Source: Eledone cirrhosa
Taxonomy: Eukaryota
Reading direction: 5' to 3'
Length of the DNA stretch: 64,000 bases
NCBI GenBank assembly: GCA_964016885.1
Contig: OZ024752.1
Span: forward strand, 4,960,001 to 5,024,000
In this document: positions 53,110 to 64,000 of the stretch, piece by piece
Position numbering within the stretch: position 1 is the first letter of the stretch
Layout of the letters: every line of letters begins with the position of its first letter
Translations under genes and position numbers: made by a program
Notes under the pieces: model-generated
Seen by the model: the letters and a program-made list of their open reading frames with translations, nothing else
What the model was told of the DNA's origin: nothing
Database searches by the model: none

Positions 53110-53303
53110 CCCTTTAGCCTTTAAACTAGCCATATCAGGCCAGAATTTTCTCACCTCTCCTGTTCAAACCAGCCATAACTGTCTGCTCATACTGATGTTA
53201 ATGTATTGTTAAAAAATAAATAATATCAAAATCTCATAGATTTGATATTATGTGAGGTAAAGCCTTTACCATGAAAATATAGAGTAATGTAAATGCTAAA
53301 AGG
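53110..53303. mobile_element. piggyBac-like TTAA MITE (relatives at 8980-9148, ~37761-37975, ~61070-61200, ~63905-64000)
   Basis: TTAA|CCCTTTAGC...GCTAAAAGG|TTAA. Shared internal ccagaattctctcacctctt. Confidence 0.7.
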
Positions 53304-53506
53304 TTAAAGAATATTTCTGCAAGGAAATATGCTGAATTATATTGGATAAATAAGTATGAGGTAACTGATGAGGTTTTATTTGTCATTGTGCATCATTTAA
53401 AAATACTTGCTTCTGATTTGAAAAAAACAAAAACAACAACAAAAAAGTGGTATTTTCATCTTGACTCGCCACAATATATAGCCTCCATATAGTAAATATA
53501 CATATA

Positions 53507-53610
53507 CAGGGTGTCCCCCCAAAATGTATGCATACTTCAACAGCATTCTAATAAATATTTCCTGTACAGGTAATCAATGTATGTATACATTTTTTGGTGG
53601 TGACACCCTG
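53507..53610. mobile_element. Tc1/mariner-type MITE
   Basis: TA|CAGGGTGTC...GACACCCTG|TA with imperfect ~25-bp TIRs. Confidence 0.7.
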
Positions 53611-54130
53611 TATATGTTTGTGTGTTTAGGCTCATTAGACATAAAATCCTGTCAGTATCTATTGTGGTGAGCAGGGGTTAATACACAACATTATCAATGC
53701 GGTGAATTGGCAGTATCGGTAGAGGGTAGGATATGCTTTCCAGCATAGTTACATCCCTTTACGATCTGAGTTCAATTCTCGCCGAGGTTTACTTTGCCTT
53801 TCATCCTTACGGGGTCGATAAAATAAAGTACCAGTAATGTACTGGGATAATTGCTGGCCTTGTGGCAAAAGTAGAAACAATTATCAATTAAAGGTTGTTG
53901 GATTAGTTTCTATCAATCACATTCTTTTTCTTTTTTTTCTTTCACGTCTTTGTAACCGACATTTATATTTAGTCTCAATGCATCAGTGTGTGTGCACCTT
54001 TGTACCTCCCCTTTCTTATCCCCACCTCTACCAACACATCGATTCTGCTGTTCTAGTTTTATCTTTTACTTACCATTTCTCTATTACACAATATTACAAT
54101 TTCTATTTTTTTTCCCTTAATGCTTACCAG

Positions 54131-54145
54131 GACTTATCAATACAG
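54131..54145 (+). CDS. robo: Candidate 15-nt symmetric Robo microexon
   Basis: ttctattttttttcccttaatgcttaccAG acceptor and CAG|GTAAGA donor. Phase 2 to 2. Encodes (W)TYQY(R). Confidence 0.55.
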
Positions 54146-54679
54146 GTAAGACTTCACATCTCTACATGTTATATATAAATAATTCACTGTGTGTGTGTCT
54201 GTGTTTATGTGTGTGGGTGTGTGGGTGTGTGTACATATATATATGTATATATAAATATATACATTTAGCAAAACAAAACAAAAAACATTCAACTGTGTTA
54301 GTAGCAATTTTTATTTTTATAACAGGCTGAATGAATTGGTGGTGCATAACCTAATGAAACTTAAGTACCTGTATATGTCACTGTTGTAACTAATTATATA
54401 TATATAGTAAAATGTTCTCAGTAGATTTGGACACAGAAGGTCTTCTTGAGAAGAAATCCCCCTTATGCAAAGGTTTTTGCCCTTCTTACATTCTAAGGGG
54501 GCTTGACCCCCATCCAGGTCCTGGGTGCCTGTATGTCGACAGGATATGGAAGACTTGTGTATTCAAACCAGATACACACACACACATAACCAACTCCCCT
54601 CTCCCACCCCCCATATTCCCCCTTCCCCCTACCAAGTTCCCACCTTCCTCTCGCTCTCCCCCAAACTCCATAACTTCAG

Positions 54680-55325
54680 TCTTGACACTATCAACATTAG
54701 CACCATAAAAGGTAGATCCGGAGAGATTGTAGAGATGCTTGAATGAATGAAAGTCGATGTGTGTTGTGTACTAGAGACTAGATGGAGAGGTATGTCAGTT
54801 AGATTCCTCGTAGGAAAAAAACGTTGCTACAAATTTTTCTGGGTGAGAAATGACGATGGGCTAGGTGGAGTAGGGATTTTGGTAGCAGAAAAGTGGGTAA
54901 ACAAAGTTATTGCTGTAAATAGAGTAAATGACAGAATAATTAAACTTAGACTTGTACTAAACAGAACAACCATGACAATTATATCTACCTACACTCCTCA
55001 ATATGGATTTCCAGACATACAAAAAGACAGGTTCTATAAGTCCCTAATGCTCACTAACTCCCAAATAACCACAACTTCCTACGCATTACAGGTGACTTCA
55101 ACGGACATGTGGGACAACTCTCTGATGGCTTTGATGGGATCCATGGGGGTTACGGGTACGGTCCTAGAAACGAGGAAGGCTTCATACTACTGGAATTATG
55201 TGACACCAATAACCTATCCATCTGTAACATGAACTTGAGAAAACAAGACAGCCACCTAATCACATATAGATCAGGTGACCACACCAGCCAAATTGATTTC
55301 ATTGTTACTTGAAGATGAGACAGAG
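54680..55325 (+). mobile_element. RTE LINE AP-endonuclease fragment
   Basis: VDVCCVLETRWRG...GGVGILV...DRIIKLRL...GDFNGHVG...HGGYGYGPRNEEG...HLITYRSG..SQIDFI. Confidence 0.8.
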
Positions 55326-55354
55326 TGACATATATATACACATACATATATATA

Positions 55355-56128
55355 GTCATCAATCATAATAGCTGGTCCCTCTGTTGGGGGTAGTTTCACT
55401 CTCTCCCATTCATTCTCCACATTTATCAGTCTCTCATAGTGACATTTCCAGGCCTCCCTTTTCTGAACATCAGTAACACTAAGTACACCAGCACCATTCG
55501 AACACACTTATCTCCAACAACATCCTGATTTACACTGACACACTGCCTTGCAATGTGGAACGCCGCAAGTTTCTGATCTTCCCGACGCAGAACATTGGCA
55601 AACCTCCTAATCTCAGCCTCCCTGCATGCTAAGTACACTTGACGTCTAGCTTCTCTTTTAGCGGCTGTGTATCAGTCTCTACTCCCACCATTTTTCCACA
55701 TGTTCCATGCTAGTCTTTTGTCTTTAATGTCCCTATCTACCGTGCTGTTCCACCACCAAGTCACCCACTGTCTTGTCGGAGCTCTGCTCCAGCCACAAGT
55801 TTCTTCAGTAGCCTGCAGTAATTTGTCACATAAGAAATTCCAGTTATCATCTATGTCATACGATTCTAACTTGTCTTTTTTTTCGTCATACACATCTTGA
55901 AAGGGCTTTCCTAAATTAATATTTTATTGAAAGATCTTTTAGCCTCCACACCTTCCTATATGTCTCAATTTGTTTCTTGCTTATTTAGATGTCACTAACG
56001 ACTAATCTATGCTGGGGGGGGGGGGGGGTACATTCTTCTCTGGGGTATGCCTTAGTATTTGACACCATCTGTCTGTCTCATTGCCTAACTAGCAAGAATT
56101 TAATTTGGCTTATGTGCTCGCCTGATTG
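55355..56128 (-). mobile_element. RTE LINE endonuclease-RT linker fragment
   Basis: QHRLVVSD...VWRLKD...EETCGWS...TWWWN...WKNGGSR...WKCHYERLINVENEW. Confidence 0.75.
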
Positions 56129-57369
56129 GTGTTGCTGTGTGTGGTGTGTTGCTGTGTATGATGTGTTGCCTTGTGTGATGTGTTGTGTTGCTGTGTTTGT
56201 TGTGTTACCGTGTGTGATGTGTTGATGTGTGTGATGTGTTGCTGTGTGTGGTGTGTTGCTGTGTGTAGTGTGTTGACATGTGTGATGTGTGTGTTGCTAT
56301 GAATGTGTCTTTCATCGTTGTTGCTGTGTGTGATGTGTTGCCGTGTGTGATGTGTTGTGTTGTCGTGTGTGATGTGTTGCTGTGTGTAGTGTGTTGACGT
56401 GTGTGTTATGTTGCTGTGTGTGTTATGTTGCCATGTGTGATGCGTTGATGTGTGTGGTGTGTTGTTGTGTGTGATGTGTTGCTGTGTGTGGTGTGTTGTG
56501 TGTGGTGTGTTGATGTGTGTAGTGTGTTGACGTGTGTGATGTGTGTGTTGCTATGAATGTGTCTTTCATCGTTATTGTTGTGTGTGTGTGGGTTGTTGTA
56601 TTTGTGTTTTTTGTTACTGTTTTTACCTGTAAAATGCTGTCTTATGTTATTGTTGTGTGCTATATACGTATTGTTGTTTGCATGTTGTTGTTTGTTGTGC
56701 GAGCCTTATTTTGTGTTGTAAGTATGTTGCTGTGTGTTTTGTGTGTGTGTATTGTGTACATGTTGTGAGTGTGTTACTGTGTGTGTTCATGTTGTGTGTA
56801 CGTTGCTGAGTGTGTTGTTTGTACTGTATTGTGTGTGCGTGTGTAGCTTTGTGTGTTATTGCATGTATGCATATTATTGTTTGTATGTTGCTGAGTGTGT
56901 TGTGTGTGTGTTGTGTGCATGTTGTGTACTGTGTTGTGTGTGTGTTGCTGAGTGTATACATATTGTGTGTAGGTGGTGAGTGTGTTGTTGTGAACATATT
57001 GTGCACTCTGTTGTGTGTCAGTGTTCCTGTATGTATTGTTGTATGTATGTGTGCTGTATATTATGCTATATATATATCCATATGAATGGGGGTATGTGTG
57101 TTGTTGTTGTTTGAATTGCAGTTTTATTAGTTCTACACTACATAATAACAAGTGGCGTTGTCTGAAAAAGTAGTGTCAGATTTCAGTTGGAGGAGATGTC
57201 AACTAACGGTAGTAAAACACTTAGTGCTTAGTATTCTCTTGAGATACACACTACCGATATTGGAATCTCTGATTAAATCAATATCTCTTCTTCCTGCCGC
57301 GAACAAATAAAGAGAAGAAACTGTGGCAACAATCATAAAAGAAACACCACCAAATAACATACAACACTC

Positions 57370-58330
57370 TCAATACCAACAGTAACAAAGACACCATCAC
57401 CATCATCATCAACAGTAACAAAGACACCATCATCATCAACAGTAACAAAGACACCATCACCATCATCATCAACAGTAACAAAGACACCATCACCATCATC
57501 ACCATCATCACCATCATCAACAGTAACAAAGACACCATCACCATCACCATCAACAGTAACAAAGACACCATCACCACCATCATCAACAGTAACAAAGACA
57601 CCATCACCATCACCATCAACAGTAACAAAGACACCATCACCATCACCATCAACAGTAACAAAGACACCATCACCACCATCATCAACAGTAACAAAGACAC
57701 CATCACCATCACCATCAACAGTAACAAAGACACCATCACCATCACCATCAACAGTAACAAAGACACCATCACCATCATCATCAACAGTAACAAAGACACC
57801 ATCACCACCATCATCAACAGTAACAAAGACACCATCACCATCACCATCACCATCAACAGTAACAAAGACACCATCACCATCACCATCAACAGTAACAAAG
57901 ACACCATCACCATCACCATCAACAGTAACAAAGACACCATCACCACCATCATCAACAGTAACAAAGACACCATCACCATCACCATCACCATCAACAGTAA
58001 CAGTAACAAAGACACCATCATCATCATCAACAGTAACAAAGACACCATCACCATCACCATCAACAGTAACAAAGACACCATCACCATCACCATCAACAGT
58101 AACAAAGACACCATCACCATCACCATCACCATCACCATCAACAGTAACAGTAACAAAGACACCACCATCAACAGTAACAGTAACACAGACACCACCATCA
58201 ACAGTAACAGTAACACAGACACCACCATCAACAGTAACAGTAACACAGACACCACCATCATCAACAGTAACAAAGACACCATCACCATCATCAACATCAC
58301 CAACAACAACAAAGACACCATCATCAACAT
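57370..58330. repeat. ~30-bp variable repeat AACAGTAACAAAGACACC(ATC/ACC)n
   Basis: Constant core with variable trinucleotide spacer. Confidence 0.9.
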
Positions 58331-58549
58331 CATCATCACCAAAAAATAACAAAGACACCACCACCAACAACAACAACAACAAAGACACCATCACCATCAT
58401 CACCAACAGCAACAAAGACATCACCATCACCAACAACAAAGAGACTATCGCCATCGCCAACAACAAAGACATCACCATCACCAACAACAACAACAGCAAC
58501 AATATTACTAACCACACTATTGATAACAAACTCAATAACAGCAACAACT

Positions 58550-59625
58550 AATCCAGGCTCTGTTGCATTTTGGGCTGAGGAGGGTAAACTTTCCAAATAT
58601 CGGTCACTCCCCGGCAGTTGAGCCCGTAGTGGTGGAGACTTCTGGTGTCCTTGACCCTAGGACCACCTTCCTAGTCACCACCATCGGCACCCCGTAGTGG
58701 TGGAGACTTCTGGTATCCTTGACCCTAGGACCACCTCCCTACTCACCACCATTGGCACCCCGTAGTGGTGGAGACTTCTGGTGTCCTTGACCCTAGGACC
58801 ACCTCCCTACTCACCACCATTGGCACCCTGTAGTGGTGGAGACTTCTGGTGTCCTTGACCCTAGGACCACCTCCCTACTCACCACCATTGGCACCCTGTA
58901 GTGGTGGAGACTTCTGGTGTCCTTGACCCTAGGACCACCTTCCTAGTCACCACCATTGGCACCCCGTAGTGGTGGAGACTTCTGGTGTCCTTGACCCTAG
59001 GACCACCTCCCTACTCACCACCATCGGCACCCTGTAGTGGTGGAGACTTCTGGTGTCCTTGACCCTAGGACCACCTCCCTACTCACCACCATCGGCACCC
59101 TGTAGTGGTGGAGACTTCTGGTGTCCTTGACCCTAGGACCACCTCCCTACTCACCACCATTGGCACCCCGTAGTGGTGGAGACTTCTGGTGTCCTTGACC
59201 CTAGGACCACCTCCCTACTCACCACCATTGGCACCCCGTAGTGGTGGAGACTTCTGGTGTCCTTGACCCTAGGACCACCTCCCTACTCACCACCATTGGC
59301 ACCCCGTAGTGGTGGAGACTTCTGGTGTCCTTGACCCTAGGACCACCTCCCTACTCACCACCATTGGCACCCCGTAGTGGTGGAGACTTCTGGTGTCCTT
59401 GACCCTAGGACCACCTCCCTACTCACCACCATTGGCACAGAGATGGCTTCCTGCAGGTGTGAGCCTCGCAAGCTGGAATGGCTCTTATAGCACGTCTTCC
59501 TAACCATCTTCTGGGGAAACGCCTTCTCTATTCTGTCTCCCGAGGCCACAGACTGGTCAACACATGGGCCTCCATTTGCTCCTAATAGTGAGAGTTGGGG
59601 AGAGCAGGAGAGATGGAGGCAGTGG
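58550..59625 (+). mobile_element. CRE-like (RLE-encoding) non-LTR retrotransposon 3' fragment carrying the 68-bp expansion
   Basis: Flanks translate KYRSL...VETSGVL...TTIGTEMASCRCEPRKLEWL...GNAFSILS. Same family as 42960-43240. Confidence 0.6.
58623..59438. repeat. 68-bp minisatellite, ~12 copies, inside a LINE fragment
   Basis: Unit CCCGTAGTGGTGGAGACTTCTGGTGTCCTTGACCCTAGGACCACCTCCCTACTCACCACCATTGGCAC (58691 to 58759). Confidence 0.95.
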
Positions 59626-59766
59626 GAGTTTGGTTCCTTTGTGTTTGGACCTGGTGTATATGTATATATTTATTTACCATAGAAATGAAATAATTGTTAC
59701 TAACAACACTATTGACAACAACAACAACCACAGTAAATAAATTACAGTATTTCTTGACTTTTTCAG

Positions 59767-59831
59767 GAATACCAATGTACTATCTGCAGAACTTTCACAA
59801 AAAGAACCCCAGATGGTTGGCAACATGGCTG
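59767..59831 (+). CDS. robo: Robo cytoplasmic exon (65 nt)
   Basis: ttcttgactttttcAG acceptor and G|GTAAGA donor. Phase 2 to 1 and open in the frame required by the upstream exons: (R)NTNVLSAELSQKEPQMVGNMA. Confidence 0.7.
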
Positions 59832-62800
59832 GTAAGAAAACACTTTTTACTCCTTCTTTTTTTCCATTTCCTTCAGTCTTCTTCACATTTCTCTGTCATT
59901 TCAGTCCTCCTCCTCTTCTTCTTCTTTTCCTTCTTGGCCTTCTTCTTTGTCTTCTAATAATAATAATTATTATTATTAATAATAATAACGGGTGTAGTAC
60001 CCATCAAAAATGACAGGGTTCATTTCTGTGTCCTTTCAGTAATTCTTAAACTTTCTTCGTCAAACTTTGCTCCATTTTCTTTTTGAGTTTCATTTGATCT
60101 TCTTTCAGTCATTCTTTTTTTTTTACTTCAAGGCTTGCATCCAAATCTTTTCATTCTACTTCTCATTCTTCAGCACATCAATTTTTCTGTAGTTCATGTC
60201 AAATATTGATAATCTTCATTTTTTTTTTTTTTTTTTTTTTTGCTATTCAAAGTAAAACATTTACTCTTTGACTGAGAATTTCTTCCTCTATTTGAGTTGC
60301 AATTACCTGTTTTGTGTTAAAAATTTGTCTATCAACTTCTTTACTCTTATATTCCCGCTCTTGTTTTCCTTCATTATTCTCACTAGTCTACATGTTTCAT
60401 AATTTCTTCTCTTCCGTATGTATGCATGCATATATATATACATGGCAGCAAATTGGCAGTCATTAGATCAGAATGCTTTATGGTATTCGTTCCAGCTCTC
60501 TGCTGTTTGAGTTCAAACTTTGCCTTTCATCCTTTTGAGGTCGATAAAAAAAGTACCAGTCTAGTACTGGGGTCAATTCTTCCTCTAATATCTCTTTCTC
60601 ATTTCCTCTCTCTCACTTTCTATCTTTCTCTGGGAGAAATCTGCTGTACTCAGGCCTGGAGAGGGATGGGCTCTGCCAGGTTTAAAATGCTCTAAAACGC
60701 TGTATTGATATACGGCGCCCCTACAACTCTATCAAGAGTTACGGGACCATATATACACACTAAGCAGTGCCAAGATAAAATGCACTACACTCTGTAATGT
60801 GGTTGGTGATAGGAAAGGTATGCAACCCTAGCAAACTTGCCAAACAAAAAGGTCAAGAGGATTCTTCAGTTGTGCCTAAGCAATGACAACCTCCCTAGTT
60901 CTGGTGATATGATGAAATACATCATATAATTTGTTCTTATTTATTTCTATAAACAATAAATCCTGGATCACATTTTTTATTGTTTAATTAGGAAGGAAGG
61001 TAGTGCTCCTAGTCCTGAAAAAGTCCATAGGTATTGGTGGGGGTGAGGGAGAGAAAGAAGCTATCCTTAACCCATTAGCATTTAAACCAGCCGTATATGG
61101 CCAGAATTCTCTCACCTCTTTCGGTTCAAACCAGCTGTAAAAGCCACTCATACTGATGTTAAGGTATTGTTAATAAAATAGATGACATCGAAATCTTGTA
61201 AATTACCACAAAATACAACAGGTTGAATGGCTATATATATATTGCCTCATTGGTTTGTAGAGTATTTAGTGTTGGAGTAAGGGAGGGTAATTGTTGTTTA
61301 GTAGGGTTTATTGGGTTTATTTTGAGGGAGATTTGGCTGTTACTTCCATCAGGTTGAATGGTTTGTATACCTTTATAGTATTTAGTGGTGGTATGAGGGA
61401 CGATGATATGATATTAGTTCTGGTAGAATATTTCTCATTCCATCAACTGTTGCTCTTTTGAAACTTTAACCAGTATACCTTTCAATGTGAACTGTTATTT
61501 CTTGTGCTCTTCTCCCACTGCCCTCCTCCAACACTGATTGATTTCTGACTACAAAAATGCAATCACTTTACATCAAGAAGAGGATCTTCTGCTGTGGCCA
61601 CAGGCTACTTGAAATTAGTCATATACATTCTCTCTTTGGATCTCTTACCAAATCTAAAGATGAAATTGAACATTCCCAACTAATTATTATTTTAAGCCCA
61701 TAAATCCTACTATATACAATCTCTTAAATCTATTTGCCTAAAGCTTTATACCAAACTACAGCAACAATGAAAAAAACAACAACAAAAATACTACCACACA
61801 CACATACACATATACTACTTTATGAAGATTACATTATGTGGGGTTTTTTTTTTTGATTTTGATTGTTTTTGTTGTTTTTTTGTCTTTTTTTTTTTACTTC
61901 TCTCAAATAGTTCCTGTGTATTTTGGTGTTGTTTCTCCATATGTTTAGAAAAAAAACTTCTGCTTGCAATCATACAGATGGCTAAAATCAATACCACTAG
62001 AGAGACAAGTGAGCCCTACACAGCAAAAATAATAAATATCCCACCAGCACCACTGCCAACTCTTCATCTTAGATTTTCTTTTATGTAAGACATGATACAA
62101 CTGCATTAACTGTATGAATTAACCTAAGGGCAGAATATAAAATAACCAAGGTAGCCTTTATCGTTAATTTAATTGGTGTATTGATTTGTAAGTTTGGCAT
62201 GGCAGAGAGCTAAACGTTTAGAAAGGAAGGGTGTAGTCAATTTAAATGAACTACTCCAGTACTTAACTGGTACTCATTTTATCAACTTTAGTAGCAAGAA
62301 AAGCTAAGTCAGTATGAAATATAAAGGAAGCTGTCGATAACTAAAGATTACAAGACATTTAGTCTGAGTGCTGCTCTCTTATTCCTGACATTCTCCTGTC
62401 CTCCCATAAGTATAATGTATCCTTCTTGTTAACAGTTCCCTGGCCATAGTTTTATAGAAATACGCTGTTTATGTGCTCCAGTTGTGAAGGTGTATGACTT
62501 AGTGGTTAGAGTGATGGGCTTGCAATTGAGAGGCTGTGAGTTCGATTCTCAGACTGGGTGATGCCTTGTGTTCTTGAGCAAGACACTTTATTTCATGTTG
62601 CTCCAGTTCACTCAGCTGTAGAAATGAGTTGTGACATCACTGGTGTCAAGCTGTATCGGCCATTGCCTTTTCCTTGGACAACATCGGTGGTGTGAAGAAG
62701 GGAGACTGGTATGCATGGGCGACTGCTGGTCTTCCACAAACACACCTTGCTCAGGCTTGAGCCTCGGAGAGAAACTTTCTAGGTGCAAAACCCTGGTCAT

Positions 62801-63588
62801 TAGTGACTGATGGGGGACCTTCAAAAATGTGTTCCAGTTAATTAAAAATTTATTTAGAATTTAGAGGGATTTTTTTTCATTATTAAACTGGTGTTTGAAA
62901 ATAACTAAACAGAAACATTTCATTAAGTTATGGTGGAACGTTTTGATTTAAACATAAGCACTTTAAAGAAAGATTTGTATCTTAGAATTAGTAGCAATCT
63001 CAGACAAGTTAGTATCAAAAGGTTAAAGATGGTAAGAAGTAATTTGAGGGAGATTTTGCTACTATTTCTAATGGCACTACACACTAGATTTTATCCCAGG
63101 CTTTAACTATTTTTTCTTCACCCAAGACAGTTATCCTTATGATAGAAGACATATTAATATAACATTTTCCTAACACTGAAACACATAAAATCCCTAATTA
63201 TTTTTTTTATGTATCTAAAAATCTCAAGCAATTCATCCCACATTTGTTTAGTTTTATTATTATTGCAGTGTGTATGATTGAAGAGGAAATAAAAGCTAGG
63301 AGTTGAGGAAGTGGGTTATAAATGGGAAAGTGGGTTATAAGTGGGAAAATGGAGAAGCTTGTCATGAGACTCACAAAGCTAACCCCTACTTTAGCAGGCG
63401 AAATAGCTTTAAAACACTTTTTCTTCGTGTAGAAGTGTATAAAAGTAAATGAATCTCCATTGGTGTTCATGATGAAGGTTCTGGTTATTGGATCAATGGT
63501 ATGGGTTGACTTATTATTGTGAAGAAGGTGGCTGGGTATTCCACAGACACATGTACCTTTACCTTACATTAGTTTTCAGAGTGATTCA

Positions 63589-63676
63589 GCATAGCATAGT
63601 TTTCAGGGAGATTCAGTATGAAATAGTTCTCAGGGAGATTCAGTATGAAATAGTTCTCAGGGAGATTCAGTATGAT
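63589..63676. repeat. 27-bp tandem repeat, ~3 copies
   Basis: tagttctcagggagattcagtatgaaa. Confidence 0.85.
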
Positions 63677-64000
63677 ATAATGATATGTTGTGTATGTTGT
63701 TTTATTGAGTGAAATGTATAAATTATATGTTGCATAATAACATTGTCTGGTGATTCTGTAAAAGTGATGTTATAATACCTTATATGGTCTGTGTGTGGCT
63801 GGAGATGATGTAGAATATATGTTGTGCAGATTGTGTACTGAGTCAGTTGTGATGTGGGCAATACCTAGGAAGAGCTAGTCTTTGGACAATACAGAGGTGT
63901 TAGACCCTTTAGCATTTAAACCGGATGTATCCAGCCAGAATTCTCTCACCTCTTTCAGTTCAAACTGGTTATAACTGGCTACTCATACTGATGTTAAGGT

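Overview
AT-rich, microsatellite- and SINE-dense eukaryotic DNA. The repeat landscape looks like a coleoid cephalopod (Octopus); this is an inference. The window lies inside a large + strand gene encoding a Roundabout (Robo)-family receptor. I can chain, with matching splice phases, two exons for the membrane-proximal FN3 domain (11284-11399, 12303-12468), the transmembrane exon (13337-13498) and short cytoplasmic exons (17903-17933, 28102-28134, a candidate 15-nt microexon at 54131-54145, and 59767-59831). The introns hold tRNA-derived SINEs, RTE, R4/Dong, CRE-like, Tx1-like and Penelope-like retroelement fragments, Helitron, Tc1/mariner, hAT and piggyBac non-autonomous elements, and minisatellites. 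There is a 200-N assembly gap. Most notable: (1) several sequence-unrelated, (TA)n-embedded fold-back elements share a hammerhead-like core and a common tail hairpin; (2) a G.U-rich ~250-nt intronic stem-loop is favoured on the Robo sense strand; (3) frame-preserving Robo microexons and a candidate alternative last exon ending in the PDZ motif DTRL; (4) twin-priming-type 5' inversions in RTE LINE copies. All calls come from reading the sequence by eye, and repeat boundaries are approximate.
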